A stretch of 64,000 nucleotides of DNA from an uncultured Clostridia bacterium. Lineage in GTDB: Bacteria > Bacillota > Clostridia > Oscillospirales > Ruminococcaceae. The stretch's first letter is position 1. Each line of letters begins with the position of its first letter. Positions 18,758-28,063 of this stretch are shown here, in pieces. The DNA lies in NCBI GenBank assembly GCA_944387335.1, contig CALXEM010000069.1:9961-73960 (forward strand). Reading direction: 5' to 3'. The notes beneath the pieces were generated by a model. It was not told where the DNA came from. It did not search any database and worked only from the letters and a program-made list of their open reading frames with translations. A program made the translations under genes and the position numbers.

Positions 18758-19615
18758 ATGAGTCAGATAATTGACGGAAAAGCGGTGTCCGCAAAGGTCA
18801 GAGAGGGACTGAAGGGCAAGGCGGCAGAGCTCACTGCTAAAGGTGTAAAGCCGGGACTTGCAGTTGTACTTGCAGGCGACGACCCTGCATCCGCGGTGTA
18901 TGTGCGCAATAAGGAAAAAGCGGCAAATGAGCTTGGATTTTATTCTAAAATGATAAAACTGCCCTCAGATGTAAGTGAAGAGGAGCTTTTAAATATAGTA
19001 AGAGAATTAAATAATGACGATGCTATACACGGCATATTGGTACAGCTTCCTCTGCCAAAAGGACTCGACGAGAAAAAGGTCATTGCTGAAATTTCTCCGG
19101 AAAAGGATGTAGACGCATTTCATGTACAGAATGTCGGCAAGATTATGCTCGGTGAGTACGATTTTCTTCCGTGCACACCTGCCGGAGTTATGGAACTGTT
19201 AAAGGAATACGGTATTCAGACACGCGGCAAAAATGCGGTGGCTATCGGCAGAAGCAACATTGTGGGCAAGCCTATGGCAATGCTCTTAATGCACGCTGAC
19301 GCAACAGTTACAATATGCCACTCGAAAACGGAAAATCTAGCCGATATAACAAGACGCGCTGATATACTCATAGCGGCGATAGGAAAGGCAAAGTTCATAA
19401 CAGGCGATATGGTAAAGGAGGGCGCAGTTGTAATTGATGTCGGTATGAACAGAGATGAAAACAACAAGCTCTGCGGCGATGTTGACTTTGACTCTGTTTC
19501 AGAAAAAGCGTCGTTTATAACACCTGTTCCGGGCGGAGTAGGTCCGATGACTATTGCCATGCTTATGAAAAACACAGTAAAATCGGCTGAAAATAAGCTT
19601 TTAAAGCGCGGATAA
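18758..19615 (+). CDS. folD: Bifunctional 5,10-methylenetetrahydrofolate dehydrogenase / methenyl-THF cyclohydrolase
   Basis: Motifs [40 protein letters not shown] and [14 protein letters not shown]. The ATG at 18758 is the family-typical start. Confidence 0.93.
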   Translation: MSQIIDGKAVSAKVREGLKGKAAELTAKGVKPGLAVVLAGDDPASAVYVRNKEKAANELGFYSKMIKLPSDVSEEELLNIVRELNNDDAIHGILVQLPLPKGLDEKKVIAEISPEKDVDAFHVQNVGKIMLGEYDFLPCTPAGVMELLKEYGIQTRGKNAVAIGRSNIVGKPMAMLLMHADATVTICHSKTENLADITRRADILIAAIGKAKFITGDMVKEGAVVIDVGMNRDENNKLCGDVDFDSVSEKASFITPVPGGVGPMTIAMLMKNTVKSAENKLLKRG

Positions 19616-19720
19616 GCACTGCTTTTTTAAAAAGCTTTAGCTGTTTTGCCGAAAAGTGTGCTTTTTTTAGCGCAACTCATCACAAAAGCTATAAAACGGC
19701 ATTATAACGCAGTTTTTGCA

Positions 19721-19749
19721 TTGACATCGAGCTTTTGTCATGGTAAAAT
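19721..19749 (+). promoter_or_regulatory. SigA-type promoter of the rplU-prp-rpmA operon
   Basis: TTGACA (19721-19726), 17-nt spacer, TAAAAT (19744-19749). Confidence 0.6.
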
Positions 19750-19839
19750 AATTCTGCCGCTTATGTACGGCTTTTTAAGTGCGCTCTTTTTAAAGACGCC
19801 GCCGATATGTAGCGAGACTTAAAGAAAGAGGACTAAACA
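19750..19839 (+). promoter_or_regulatory. Candidate ribosomal protein L21 leader (autoregulatory 5' UTR with attenuator-like hairpin)
   Basis: A ~90-nt leader between the promoter and rplU. It contains gccg-cttatgta-cggc followed by ttttt. L21 leaders are known in Firmicutes, but I could not verify the consensus by eye. Confidence 0.35.
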
Positions 19840-20151
19840 ATGTACGCAATTATTGAGACAGGCGGTAAACAGTACCGTGTTCAAGAAGGCGATACTCTCT
19901 TCATCGAGAAACTGGATGTTGCAGAGAACGAGGAGATTACTTTTGATAAAGTAATTATGGTTGGTAAAGAAGACGGTGTTGTCTGCGGTGCTCCAACAGT
20001 TGAGGGAGCAACAGTTTCTGCTAATGTTGTTAAAAACGGCAAAGCAAAGAAAATCACTGTATTCACTTACAGACCAAAGAAAGACTCCAAACGCAAAATG
20101 GGTCACAGACAGCCATATACAAAAGTTCAGATCAAAGCTATCAACGCTTAA
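19840..20151 (+). CDS. rplU: 50S ribosomal protein L21
   Basis: Starts [18 protein letters not shown] and contains HRQPYTKV. Confidence 0.97.
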   Translation: MYAIIETGGKQYRVQEGDTLFIEKLDVAENEEITFDKVIMVGKEDGVVCGAPTVEGATVSANVVKNGKAKKITVFTYRPKKDSKRKMGHRQPYTKVQIKAINA

Positions 20152-20157
20152 TTTGAA

Positions 20158-20475
20158 ATGATTTTGGCTCATTTTTATCAAAAAAAGGGCAGAACGTGCG
20201 GCTGCAGCATATCAGGTCATGCCGGATATGCAGATTTCGGAAAAGATATCGTGTGCGCCAGCGTTACGTCCGCTCTTCAGATGGCTGTAAACGGGATAAC
20301 CGAGGTTTTAAAGGTTCCCGCAAAGGTAGAAGTCTTGGAAAACGAGATTTCAGTACAGCTGCCTGAGGATTCGCAGTGTGCCGCTTATTCTTTTTTGGAA
20401 GCACTCAAGATGCATCTTGAGATACTTTCAGACGACTATAAGGGTACGATTAAAGTAAAAGTTTCGGAGGTGTAA
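20158..20475 (+). CDS. prp: Ribosomal-processing cysteine protease Prp (YsxB family)
   Basis: Sits between rplU and rpmA. Motif [20 protein letters not shown] carries the His/Cys dyad. Confidence 0.9.
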   Translation: MILAHFYQKKGRTCGCSISGHAGYADFGKDIVCASVTSALQMAVNGITEVLKVPAKVEVLENEISVQLPEDSQCAAYSFLEALKMHLEILSDDYKGTIKVKVSEV

Positions 20476-20479
20476 TACA

Positions 20480-20761
20480 ATGTTGAAGCTTAGCATGCAG
20501 TTTTTTGCTCACAAAAAAGGTGTTGGTTCCACAAAGAACGGCCGTGATTCCGAGTCCAAACGTCTCGGCGTTAAACGTGCAGACGGTCAGGCAGTTCTCG
20601 CAGGAAACATCCTTGTTCGTCAGCGCGGAACTCACATCCACCCAGGTGAGAACGTAGGCCGTGGTTCTGACGATACACTCTTCGCTCTCGTTAACGGTAA
20701 AGTTAAATTCGAGCGTATGGGTCGTGACCGCAAGAAGGTAAGCGTTTACCCAGTTCAGTAA
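20480..20761 (+). CDS. rpmA: 50S ribosomal protein L27 with Prp-cleavable N-terminal extension
   Basis: Starts [24 protein letters not shown]. The propeptide ends in FF, immediately before the conserved AHKKG. Confidence 0.97.
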   Translation: MLKLSMQFFAHKKGVGSTKNGRDSESKRLGVKRADGQAVLAGNILVRQRGTHIHPGENVGRGSDDTLFALVNGKVKFERMGRDRKKVSVYPVQ

Positions 20762-20778
20762 AAACATTTAAAAGACTT

Positions 20779-20810
20779 ATCCCGAGTGCTCTTTACTCGG
20801 GATTTTTCTT
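20779..20810 (+). terminator. Rho-independent terminator after rpmA
   Basis: atcccgagt ... actcgggat followed by ttttt. Confidence 0.8.
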
Positions 20811-20918
20811 TGCTGAAAGATATTGTTTTTAAGCAATATCTCTTTTTGATTTTGTATATGTATTTATGTTAAAATATATTGGATAATAAAATTAAGTAAA
20901 AAAAGAAGGTGAGACATC

Positions 20919-22190
20919 ATGTTTGTTGATATAGCTAAAATAAAGATAAAGGCAGGAGACGGCGGAGCGGGTGCTGTTTCATTTCACAGAGAAAAATATG
21001 TTGCTGCGGGAGGACCTGACGGCGGCGACGGAGGCCGAGGCGGAAACGTTGTGTTCAAAGCCGATACACACCTCTCAACACTTGTAGACTTTAAATACAG
21101 AAAGAGATATTTCGCGCAGAACGGCCAGCCTGGCTCAGCTAAAAAGTGCAGCGGAAAAATGGGTGAGGACTTAGTTATAAACGTGCCTAAGGGAACTCTT
21201 ATAAAGGACGCAGAGAGCGGCAGAATTATAGCCGATATCTCCACTGACGAGCCTGTGATAGTCGCAAAAGGAGGCCGCGGCGGCTGGGGCAACAGCCACT
21301 TTGCCACACCTACAAGGCAGATACCGCGCTTTGCAAAGCCGGGACTTCCTGGAGAGGAATTTGAGGTTATACTCGAATTAAAGCTCTTGGCTGATGTTGG
21401 ACTTGTCGGCTTCCCGAATGTCGGTAAGTCCACATTTATCTCAATGTGCTCTGCGGCAAAGCCTGTTATAGCAAACTATCACTTTACAACCCTTACACCT
21501 GTTCTGGGCGTTGTAAAGGTTGACGCAGGACAGTCATTCGTAATGGCTGACATTCCGGGACTTATCGAGGGCGCCAGCGAAGGTGTGGGACTCGGACATG
21601 AGTTTTTGCGCCATGTTGACCGTTGCAGACTTACTCTGCACGTTGTGGACGTTTCCGGTATAGAGGGACGAGACCCGAAAGAGGACTTCGAGATAATAAA
21701 CCGCGAGCTCGAGCGCTTTAATCCTGAGATAGCGCACCGCCCACAGATAGTTATTGCAAATAAATGCGACCTTGCAACTGAGGAGCAGATAGCAGACTTC
21801 AAGGCGTTTATCGAGGAGAAGGGACAGCAGTTCTTTGCTGTAAGCGCCGCTACAAGACAGGGCGTTGACGAGGTAATCTACGCAGTATGGCAGGCACTCG
21901 AAAAACTGCCGCCTGTTAAAATTTACGAGGCGGAGCCTGCTCCTGTTATGGAGATTACGCCTGAAAATACAAGGAAATTTGACATTACGGTACAGGACGG
22001 AGTTTATATCGTTGACGCTCCGTGGCTTGCTCAGGTGCTCGGCTCTGTAAATATGGACGACTATGAGTCGCTTCAGTATTTCCAGAGAGTTCTGCGTTCA
22101 AGCGGAATTATAGACAAGCTGCTTGAAATGGGCATAAAAGAGGGAGATACCGTAAGTATACTTGACTTCGAGTTTGATTTTGTAAACTAA
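20919..22190 (+). CDS. obg: GTPase Obg/CgtA
   Basis: Obg-fold Gly-rich N-terminus (GDGGAGAVSFHREKYV, GGDGGRGGNV). G domain motifs GFPNVGKST, DIPGLIEGA and NKCD. C-terminal OCT domain. Confidence 0.96.
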   Translation: MFVDIAKIKIKAGDGGAGAVSFHREKYVAAGGPDGGDGGRGGNVVFKADTHLSTLVDFKYRKRYFAQNGQPGSAKKCSGKMGEDLVINVPKGTLIKDAESGRIIADISTDEPVIVAKGGRGGWGNSHFATPTRQIPRFAKPGLPGEEFEVILELKLLADVGLVGFPNVGKSTFISMCSAAKPVIANYHFTTLTPVLGVVKVDAGQSFVMADIPGLIEGASEGVGLGHEFLRHVDRCRLTLHVVDVSGIEGRDPKEDFEIINRELERFNPEIAHRPQIVIANKCDLATEEQIADFKAFIEEKGQQFFAVSAATRQGVDEVIYAVWQALEKLPPVKIYEAEPAPVMEITPENTRKFDITVQDGVYIVDAPWLAQVLGSVNMDDYESLQYFQRVLRSSGIIDKLLEMGIKEGDTVSILDFEFDFVN

Positions 22191-22267
22191 GGAGGTGCAC
22201 GCCTACGCTTTACAATAATGAAAAACATGAGGACGCGGGACTTTTAAGTCCGCTGACACTTGCCTTT

Positions 22268-22633
22268 TTGGGTGACGGTGTATATGAGCTGTTTGTAAGG
22301 GAAATGCTTGTTAAAAACGGAAGCATGCCGTCTGCAAAGCTTCATACAAAAGCAGTTGAATTGGTGCGCGCCGCCGCTCAGGCTAAGGCATACGATGCGC
22401 TGTTTGACACTTTGAGTGAAAAGGAACAGGCAATTTTAAAGCGCGGCAGAAATTCCAATACTGCCAAATGTCCTAAAAACTCCAATCCCGCCGAGTACAG
22501 AAAGGCAACGGGAATAGAGGCGCTGTTCGGTTACCTGTATCTTATGGGTGAGAATGAGCGCATGAATGAGCTTTTTGAGAAAATATGTGAAGTTGTACTG
22601 TCAGACACCGACACCGAAAATAAAGACGAATAG
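22268..22633 (+). CDS. mrnC: Mini-ribonuclease III (23S rRNA maturation); true N-terminus probably upstream of the listed TTG
   Basis: Motifs LGDGVYELFVREML, KRGRNSNTAKCPKN and EALFGYLYL match the Mini-III family. The frame is open from 22178 and encodes ...HEDAGLLSPLTLAF before the TTG, with no ATG/GTG/TTG in it (see findings). Confidence 0.8.
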   Translation: MGDGVYELFVREMLVKNGSMPSAKLHTKAVELVRAAAQAKAYDALFDTLSEKEQAILKRGRNSNTAKCPKNSNPAEYRKATGIEALFGYLYLMGENERMNELFEKICEVVLSDTDTENKDE

Positions 22634-22675
22634 AGATGTTTTAAGCTTTTAAAATGCTGAAAAAGAGGGTTTTTG

Positions 22676-23560
22676 ATGGATACTCATATTAACGGGTTAA
22701 AGAAAAATAAAACTGCGGAATTCATAAAAGATATATTGTTTGATGTTTTGGCGGCTATACTTTATGCCATTTCAGTAAATATGTTCACAGCGCCAAATCA
22801 AATTGCTCCCGGAGGAGTTACAGGTCTTGCCACCATTTTAAACTATATGTTCAAATTCCCGATAGGTGTTACGACATTCTGCATAAATGTTCCGCTTGTG
22901 GTTTTGGGACTGATGTTTTTGGGTAAGGCATTTACCCTCAAGACATTAAAGACGGTTGTTATTTTCTCATTCTGTGTAGATGCAATAGCCCCGTTTATAA
23001 CGCCGTACACAAAGGACCAGATATTGGCGGCGCTTTTCGGCGGACTTTTCATAGGTGCGGCTTTGGGCTTTGTGTTTATGAGAGGTTCTACAACCGGAGG
23101 AACAGATATTCTAGGACGTCTTTTGCAGATAAAACTGCCGAACGCTCCTATGGGCAAGCTTATAATGTGTACAGACGGTGCGATACTGCTGTTTTCAGCC
23201 TTTGTATATCAAAATATTGAAACGGCGCTTTACGGCGTTATAACAATATTTATTGAGATGAAGACGATAGACATGATACTGTACGGCTATGATACAGGAA
23301 AACAGGTCATGGTTGTATCGGATAAAAATGAGGAGATTGCCGAGAAGGTAATGGACGAGCTCGCAAGGGGAGCTACGTTTATAAAGGCATACGGCGCATA
23401 CTCCAAAGAGGATAAAGATGTGCTTATGAGCGTTGTCAAGAGAAACCAGTTCGGTAAATTTAAAATGATAGTTAAGGAAGTTGACCCTAAGGCATTTATT
23501 ATAGTGTCCGATGCCGGTGAGGTTATTGGAAGCGGCTTTAAAAGCATTGATAAAAAGTAA
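22676..23560 (+). CDS. YitT-family membrane protein (DUF2179 C-terminal domain)
   Basis: Several TM segments with the MRGSTTGGTDIL motif, plus a C-terminal soluble DUF2179-like domain (ATFIKAYGAYSKEDKDVLMSVV). The ATG at 22676 is preferred over the TTG at 22673. Confidence 0.85.
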   Translation: MDTHINGLKKNKTAEFIKDILFDVLAAILYAISVNMFTAPNQIAPGGVTGLATILNYMFKFPIGVTTFCINVPLVVLGLMFLGKAFTLKTLKTVVIFSFCVDAIAPFITPYTKDQILAALFGGLFIGAALGFVFMRGSTTGGTDILGRLLQIKLPNAPMGKLIMCTDGAILLFSAFVYQNIETALYGVITIFIEMKTIDMILYGYDTGKQVMVVSDKNEEIAEKVMDELARGATFIKAYGAYSKEDKDVLMSVVKRNQFGKFKMIVKEVDPKAFIIVSDAGEVIGSGFKSIDKK

Positions 23561-23581
23561 ATACATAGTTTTGTGCAAAAC

Positions 23582-23618
23582 AAAAACACCTTTCCGAATT
23601 TTCGGAAAGGTGTTTTTT
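23582..23618. terminator. Bidirectional rho-independent terminator (YitT gene / ridA)
   Basis: aaaa-acacctttccgaa-tt-ttcggaaaggtgt-ttttt. Confidence 0.85.
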
Positions 23619-23634
23619 AGCTTAAAGAAAAAGC

Positions 23635-24012
23635 TTATTTAACAGCGAGAACCTCAATCTCAACCTCAGCATCTTTAGGAAGAGCTGCAACCTGTACGCA
23701 AGAACGTGCAGGATAAGAACCTGTGAAGTAGCTGCCGTAAACTTCGTTGATTGCACCGAAGTTAGCAAGGTCCTTAACAAAGATTGTGGATTTAACGATA
23801 TTGGAGTAGTCCATACCGTTCTCAGCGAGAACATAGCTAATGTTCTTCATAGCCTGATGTGCCTGAGCCTGTACACCCTCAGCGAGCTCACCTGTCTCAG
23901 GGATAAGTCCGAGCTGACCTGAGCAATAAAGTGTGTCGCCTACTGCAACTGCCTGTACGTATGGTCCGAGAGCACCAGGAGCTTTCTCAGTGTTTATGAT
24001 TTTCTTTTCCAT
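23635..24012 (-). CDS. ridA: RidA family reactive-intermediate (enamine/imine) deaminase
   Basis: 125 aa. Motifs APGALGPYVQAV, SGQLGL and PARSCVQVAALPKDAEVEIE. Confidence 0.9.
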   Translation of the reverse strand: MEKKIINTEKAPGALGPYVQAVAVGDTLYCSGQLGLIPETGELAEGVQAQAHQAMKNISYVLAENGMDYSNIVKSTIFVKDLANFGAINEVYGSYFTGSYPARSCVQVAALPKDAEVEIEVLAVK

Positions 24013-24132
24013 AATAAAAAACCTCCGTTATATTGTAGTGTAGTATTTTAAGCACCTATAACTATATTATCAAAAAATAAGAAAAATACAAGCTTTCTAT
24101 AATAAAGCTGTGAAAAATATCATAAAGCTTAA

Positions 24133-24160
24133 TTGACATAATAAATGAATGATGTATAAT
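24133..24160 (+). promoter_or_regulatory. Consensus SigA promoter for the PLP transsulfuration-family gene
   Basis: TTGACA (24133-24138), 16-nt spacer, TATAAT (24155-24160). Confidence 0.65.
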
Positions 24161-24251
24161 TAACGTAACAGAGTATGCGCTTTGTTTTATTTTTTGTATA
24201 AACAATACAATCGCATACGGATAATTTTATGTGAATCGGAGGACGTTTTAA

Positions 24252-25436
24252 ATGGCTGATTACAAAAAGGACGACCAGCTCATTGCCACACATCTCGGTG
24301 ATGAATATGAAAAATATCTGGGAAGCATTATTCCACCTATCTTTATGAACTCTCTGCATGTATTTGACAATATAGAGCAGTATAACGACAAATCTTTAAG
24401 ACCTAAGGACGGATTTTTCTACGGACGTGTTTCCAACCCAACAGCTCACATTGTTGAGCGCAAGGTTGCAGCTATGGAGCACGCTGAGCATGGCCTTACA
24501 TTTGCTTCCGGTATGGCTGCTGCTACAACAGCTTTGATGGCTGTATGTAAAGCAGGAAGCCACATCATCTGCGTTAAAAATGCTTACGGCGTTTTGACAG
24601 GTTACATTGAGAACTACTGTGTTCCTGAGCTCAACATGAGCGTTACATACGTTACAGGCGATAAAGTAGAGGACTTTGAAAAAGCTATCCAGCCAAATAC
24701 TGACTACATCATTCTTGAAAGCCCTGTATCACTTGTATTTACATTGCAGGACATTCGTGCAATCGCAGCTCTTGCTAAAAAGCACAACATCAAAACATAC
24801 ATCGACAACTCCTACTGCACACCAATTTTCCAGAAACCACTTGATATGGGTATCGATATCGTTATGCACACAGCTTCCAAATATCTCGGCGGACACAGCG
24901 ACATCATCGGTGGTGTTCTCACAATGAATGACGAGGAGCTCTTCAAGAAGTGCTCAATGCTCAGAGAGCAGCTCGGCGGCATTATCGGACCTATGGAGGC
25001 TTGGCTCATGATGAGAGGTATTCGTACTCTTGATGTACGTATACGCGAGCATGAGAAAACAGCTATGAAAGTAGCTACATGGCTTGAGAACAACGATAAG
25101 ATTGCAAAGGTTTACTATCCTGGACTTAAGAGCCACCCACAGTATGAGCTTATGAAATCTCAGCAGGGCGGAAACACAGGTCTTATGAGCTTTGAGTTTA
25201 AGACTGAGGACAGAGATAAGATTTGTAAGTTTGTAAATGCGCTTAAGATATTCAAAATCGGTGTATCTTGGGGCGGATTTGAAAGCCTTGTCTGCACACC
25301 TATGTATCCGGGTTCACCTGAGCATGCAAAAGAGGCAGGCTGCGGCTGGGGCATTGTACGTATCCACTGCGGTCTTGAGGGTGCTGACAATCTCATAGCT
25401 GATATTCAGCAGGCTATGGACGTTGCAGGTATCTAA
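24252..25436 (+). CDS. Cys/Met-metabolism PLP-dependent enzyme (cystathionine beta-lyase / gamma-synthase / methionine gamma-lyase family)
   Basis: 394 aa. The PLP-lysine motif is HTASKYLGGHSD, plus SNPT and ESPVS motifs. Substrate specificity cannot be called from sequence alone. Confidence 0.85.
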   Translation: MADYKKDDQLIATHLGDEYEKYLGSIIPPIFMNSLHVFDNIEQYNDKSLRPKDGFFYGRVSNPTAHIVERKVAAMEHAEHGLTFASGMAAATTALMAVCKAGSHIICVKNAYGVLTGYIENYCVPELNMSVTYVTGDKVEDFEKAIQPNTDYIILESPVSLVFTLQDIRAIAALAKKHNIKTYIDNSYCTPIFQKPLDMGIDIVMHTASKYLGGHSDIIGGVLTMNDEELFKKCSMLREQLGGIIGPMEAWLMMRGIRTLDVRIREHEKTAMKVATWLENNDKIAKVYYPGLKSHPQYELMKSQQGGNTGLMSFEFKTEDRDKICKFVNALKIFKIGVSWGGFESLVCTPMYPGSPEHAKEAGCGWGIVRIHCGLEGADNLIADIQQAMDVAGI

Positions 25437-25460
25437 CTTTTAAGAATAATGAAAGATTTA

Positions 25461-25494
25461 TCGGCAATGCACATATGTGCATTGCCGATTTTTT
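25461..25494 (+). terminator. Rho-independent terminator
   Basis: tcggcaatgcaca-ta-tgtgcattgccga followed by tttttt. Confidence 0.85.
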
Positions 25495-25593
25495 GTAAAA
25501 AGGGTACATTGTAAGAGAGTATGTGATTTGCTATACTGAAAATGTAAATATTTTGTTTAAAAGAGGTGCTTTTGGTATAAGGAGGCGGTTAGT

Positions 25594-26451
25594 ATGGCAG
25601 AAATCAGAACATATTGCATGAAAAGATGTGAAAACTGTAATTACAGAGAACGTCTGCAATGTCCCGGTTGTCACGAAGGACCGGGAAAACCGCTTTCAGG
25701 AGATTGCAAACTTGCCAAATGCTGCCGAGAAAAAGGACATGAAACCTGTAACACGTGTGTTTCAAAATTCTCATGCGCTATTTTTAAGGGACGTTCAAAT
25801 ATTCCCGGTGACAGACTTAAAATGCAGGCTGATAAAGAGGAAGAAAGACAGCTGTTGGCTCAAAAGTCAGAGTTTATCGGCAGATTGATGCAAATACTGT
25901 TTTGGCTTTGTATTCCTTTGGCGGTTGCAGGAATTCTGACAAATGAGAGTGTGACGAGTAAATTCGGCTTTTTGTATTTATCAGGACAAATTATAAACAT
26001 TCTGTGCCTTTTGGCGTATGGAATTGTTCTTATAAAATTATCGGCTGAATACATAAAATATAAAACTGCCGCTGTCTGTGAGTTCACAACCTGTGTTGTA
26101 AGCGTTATACTTCTGTTTAAAGGAACAGAATCGTCAACAGCACTTGTGCTGGGCGGAATTTCTGCGATTGTCTCCTTGATAGGAGAATACCATGAGTATA
26201 TGTCGCACGCTTATATACTCAAAGATGTTGACTTAGTTATGTCTGATAACTGGGAAAAGCTTTGGAAATGGTTTATTGGTATGTTTTTTGCTCTAATTGC
26301 AGGTTTTATCGTTATGGCAGTCATTCCGTTTATAGGAATTATAATACTTATTATTGCCGCTGTCGGAACATTGATAGTGAGTATTTTAAAGCTTGTTTAC
26401 CTTTACAGAACGGCAAAGATATTCCGAGAATATTCCGCAAATCCTATATAA
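25594..26451 (+). CDS. Membrane protein with N-terminal Cys-rich DUF3795-like (putative metal-binding) domain
   Basis: Thirteen Cys in the first 65 aa (CENCNYRERLQCPGCHEGPGKPLSGDCKLAKCCREKGHETCNTCVSKFSC), followed by about 5 hydrophobic segments. Confidence 0.7.
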   Translation: MAEIRTYCMKRCENCNYRERLQCPGCHEGPGKPLSGDCKLAKCCREKGHETCNTCVSKFSCAIFKGRSNIPGDRLKMQADKEEERQLLAQKSEFIGRLMQILFWLCIPLAVAGILTNESVTSKFGFLYLSGQIINILCLLAYGIVLIKLSAEYIKYKTAAVCEFTTCVVSVILLFKGTESSTALVLGGISAIVSLIGEYHEYMSHAYILKDVDLVMSDNWEKLWKWFIGMFFALIAGFIVMAVIPFIGIIILIIAAVGTLIVSILKLVYLYRTAKIFREYSANPI

Positions 26452-26526
26452 GTGATTGTGTAAGTTTTGAAATCTTTGATAAAATTAAATGGGTTAATTC
26501 GGTTTGATTTTGAGGGTGATGTTATT

Positions 26527-26889
26527 GTGGCGAATATATATATTTCCAGATTAAACAAAGAGTTGAAAAGAAATATTTTAAACCGGAGGTATACTGTTTT
26601 TGAGTTGGAAAAGATAAAAGAAAAGGTAAATGACGAGCTGGATTTAAAGAAAAAGGGCTTTATGAAAGCTTTTTTGTTTTTAATGGTCATTTACATAGGC
26701 ATGATGCTCTTTACAGGTATTTCACTGCATTTTAAAGAGGTTTTCTGGTTTACAATGGCTGTTACCACGGCAATGATTTTCTTAATTTTAGTAATTTGCT
26801 GGTTTATAGGAGTAGAGTTTTTAAAATTGGAATATAACCTTGCTATAAAAAAGGCATATCCGGAACACGCTGATTTTGCGTCTCTTTAA
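26527..26889 (+). CDS. Small membrane protein of unknown function
   Basis: Basic N-terminal segment followed by 2-3 TM helices. The GTG at 26527 follows GAGGGTG by 8 nt. The ORF-track start at 26467 is an alternative. Confidence 0.55.
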   Translation: MANIYISRLNKELKRNILNRRYTVFELEKIKEKVNDELDLKKKGFMKAFLFLMVIYIGMMLFTGISLHFKEVFWFTMAVTTAMIFLILVICWFIGVEFLKLEYNLAIKKAYPEHADFASL

Positions 26890-26955
26890 AATAGATAAAG
26901 AATGCTTTAAAAAAGGATTAGAAATAATATTACAATATAAAGAGGAAATTAAACC

Positions 26956-27654
26956 ATGAACACTTATACTAAAAATTATAAAAAGACAATGATAGGCATT
27001 GCATGTGCGGTTTTGGTGCTTATTTTGACATCTATGTATATTTATTTTCTTTTTTTACCGGGTGTTTGGCACAATGACACATTTCTATACCGCCAGAGCG
27101 ACGGAAGATTTATCGGTAAGGACGCATATGCAACCTATAAAATGAGAATTACCAGAACTGACGACGGCGCTGATATTTTGTTCTCTGTTAATGATAATAA
27201 AAGGCAGTACGAAATTAACTCCGAGAATACATCTTCGGTAAAAATTTATCAGGACGGCGAGATGTTGTTTGAAGGAAGTGCTGTTCGTGCTGGCAGCAGC
27301 TATATGCTTGTGGATAAAGACGGTGAACCTGTCGATATAGTAGATGTAACCGTTGACGGGACTGTGCCGACTGACGATGAATTATTTCCGTCAATCAACC
27401 GCCTTTATAATCTTGCGCTGGCGTATAAATATGATATAAGGGGAAACGCTGCAATGGCAGTATCGGTGATTATAATTTTTGCAGTGCTTGCAATAGATAT
27501 TCTCTTTCCTAATCTGTTTTTTATACTCGGACACTCGCTCGCTGTGGAAAATGCAAAGCCAAGCAGTTTTTACCGCTTTATGCAGAAAATCGCACGCGTA
27601 GTGCTCGCAATAGCCTTAGTTGTCTGTGTGATACTCACATTTACAACGCGGTGA
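26956..27654 (+). CDS. Membrane protein of unknown function (N-terminal anchor, ~130-aa extracytoplasmic domain, two C-terminal TM helices)
   Basis: 232-aa ORF with AGAGGAAA upstream of the ATG. I recognise no family. Confidence 0.6.
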   Translation: MNTYTKNYKKTMIGIACAVLVLILTSMYIYFLFLPGVWHNDTFLYRQSDGRFIGKDAYATYKMRITRTDDGADILFSVNDNKRQYEINSENTSSVKIYQDGEMLFEGSAVRAGSSYMLVDKDGEPVDIVDVTVDGTVPTDDELFPSINRLYNLALAYKYDIRGNAAMAVSVIIIFAVLAIDILFPNLFFILGHSLAVENAKPSSFYRFMQKIARVVLAIALVVCVILTFTTR

Positions 27655-27700
27655 GCAATAAAGGCATAATATTATTTATAACTGAATAGAATTAAATTTA

Positions 27701-27747
27701 ATAAGGCAGGGAAAGGACATTTAGTCAGATAGCCCTGCCTTTATTTT
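27701..27747 (+). terminator. Rho-independent terminator after the membrane-protein cluster
   Basis: aaggcaggg ... ccctgcctt followed by tatttt. Confidence 0.7.
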
Positions 27748-28063
27748 AATTTAAGCTGAATAGTTCGTTGAGCGTATCGATTTTGTCGAAACACTCCTGA
27801 GGGGTAGATACAATCGCTGTGTGTACACTTGCTCTGTGATACCCCCTTTTCATAGAAAAGTCACTGCGGCGGCATATGTCCGCATTCGTGACAAAATTTT
27901 AAAAATTATGTTTTTCGACAGTCTGCACTTTTTGTTTAGAAAAAACTTTTAGTTTTTTTTCCTATGTGTTATACTAACATTAAGTATGTACTGTTTTGAA
28001 AAAAGCAGAGCCGGTGGGCGAAAACGGCTTTGCGGTAAATTTTTAGTAACGGAGGTAAAAGAG

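Noticed and set aside
24161-24251. S-box (SAM) riboswitch or T-box upstream of the Cys/Met PLP enzyme
   Set aside because: The leader is only ~90 nt. It lacks the S-box conserved helices and any T-box GGGTGG.ACCGCG sequence. It has only a generic hairpin (gtatgcg...cgcatac).
27750-28063. Possible ZTP (pfl) or THF riboswitch upstream of fhs, and likewise upstream of folD at 18665-18757
   Set aside because: These C1-metabolism genes often carry ZTP riboswitches. However, I could not find the conserved GGGTCGTGA...CCGCCTGGGC-type elements or a THF-like fold. The mapped promoter leaves only a ~85-nt leader with one simple hairpin. A cmscan would settle it.
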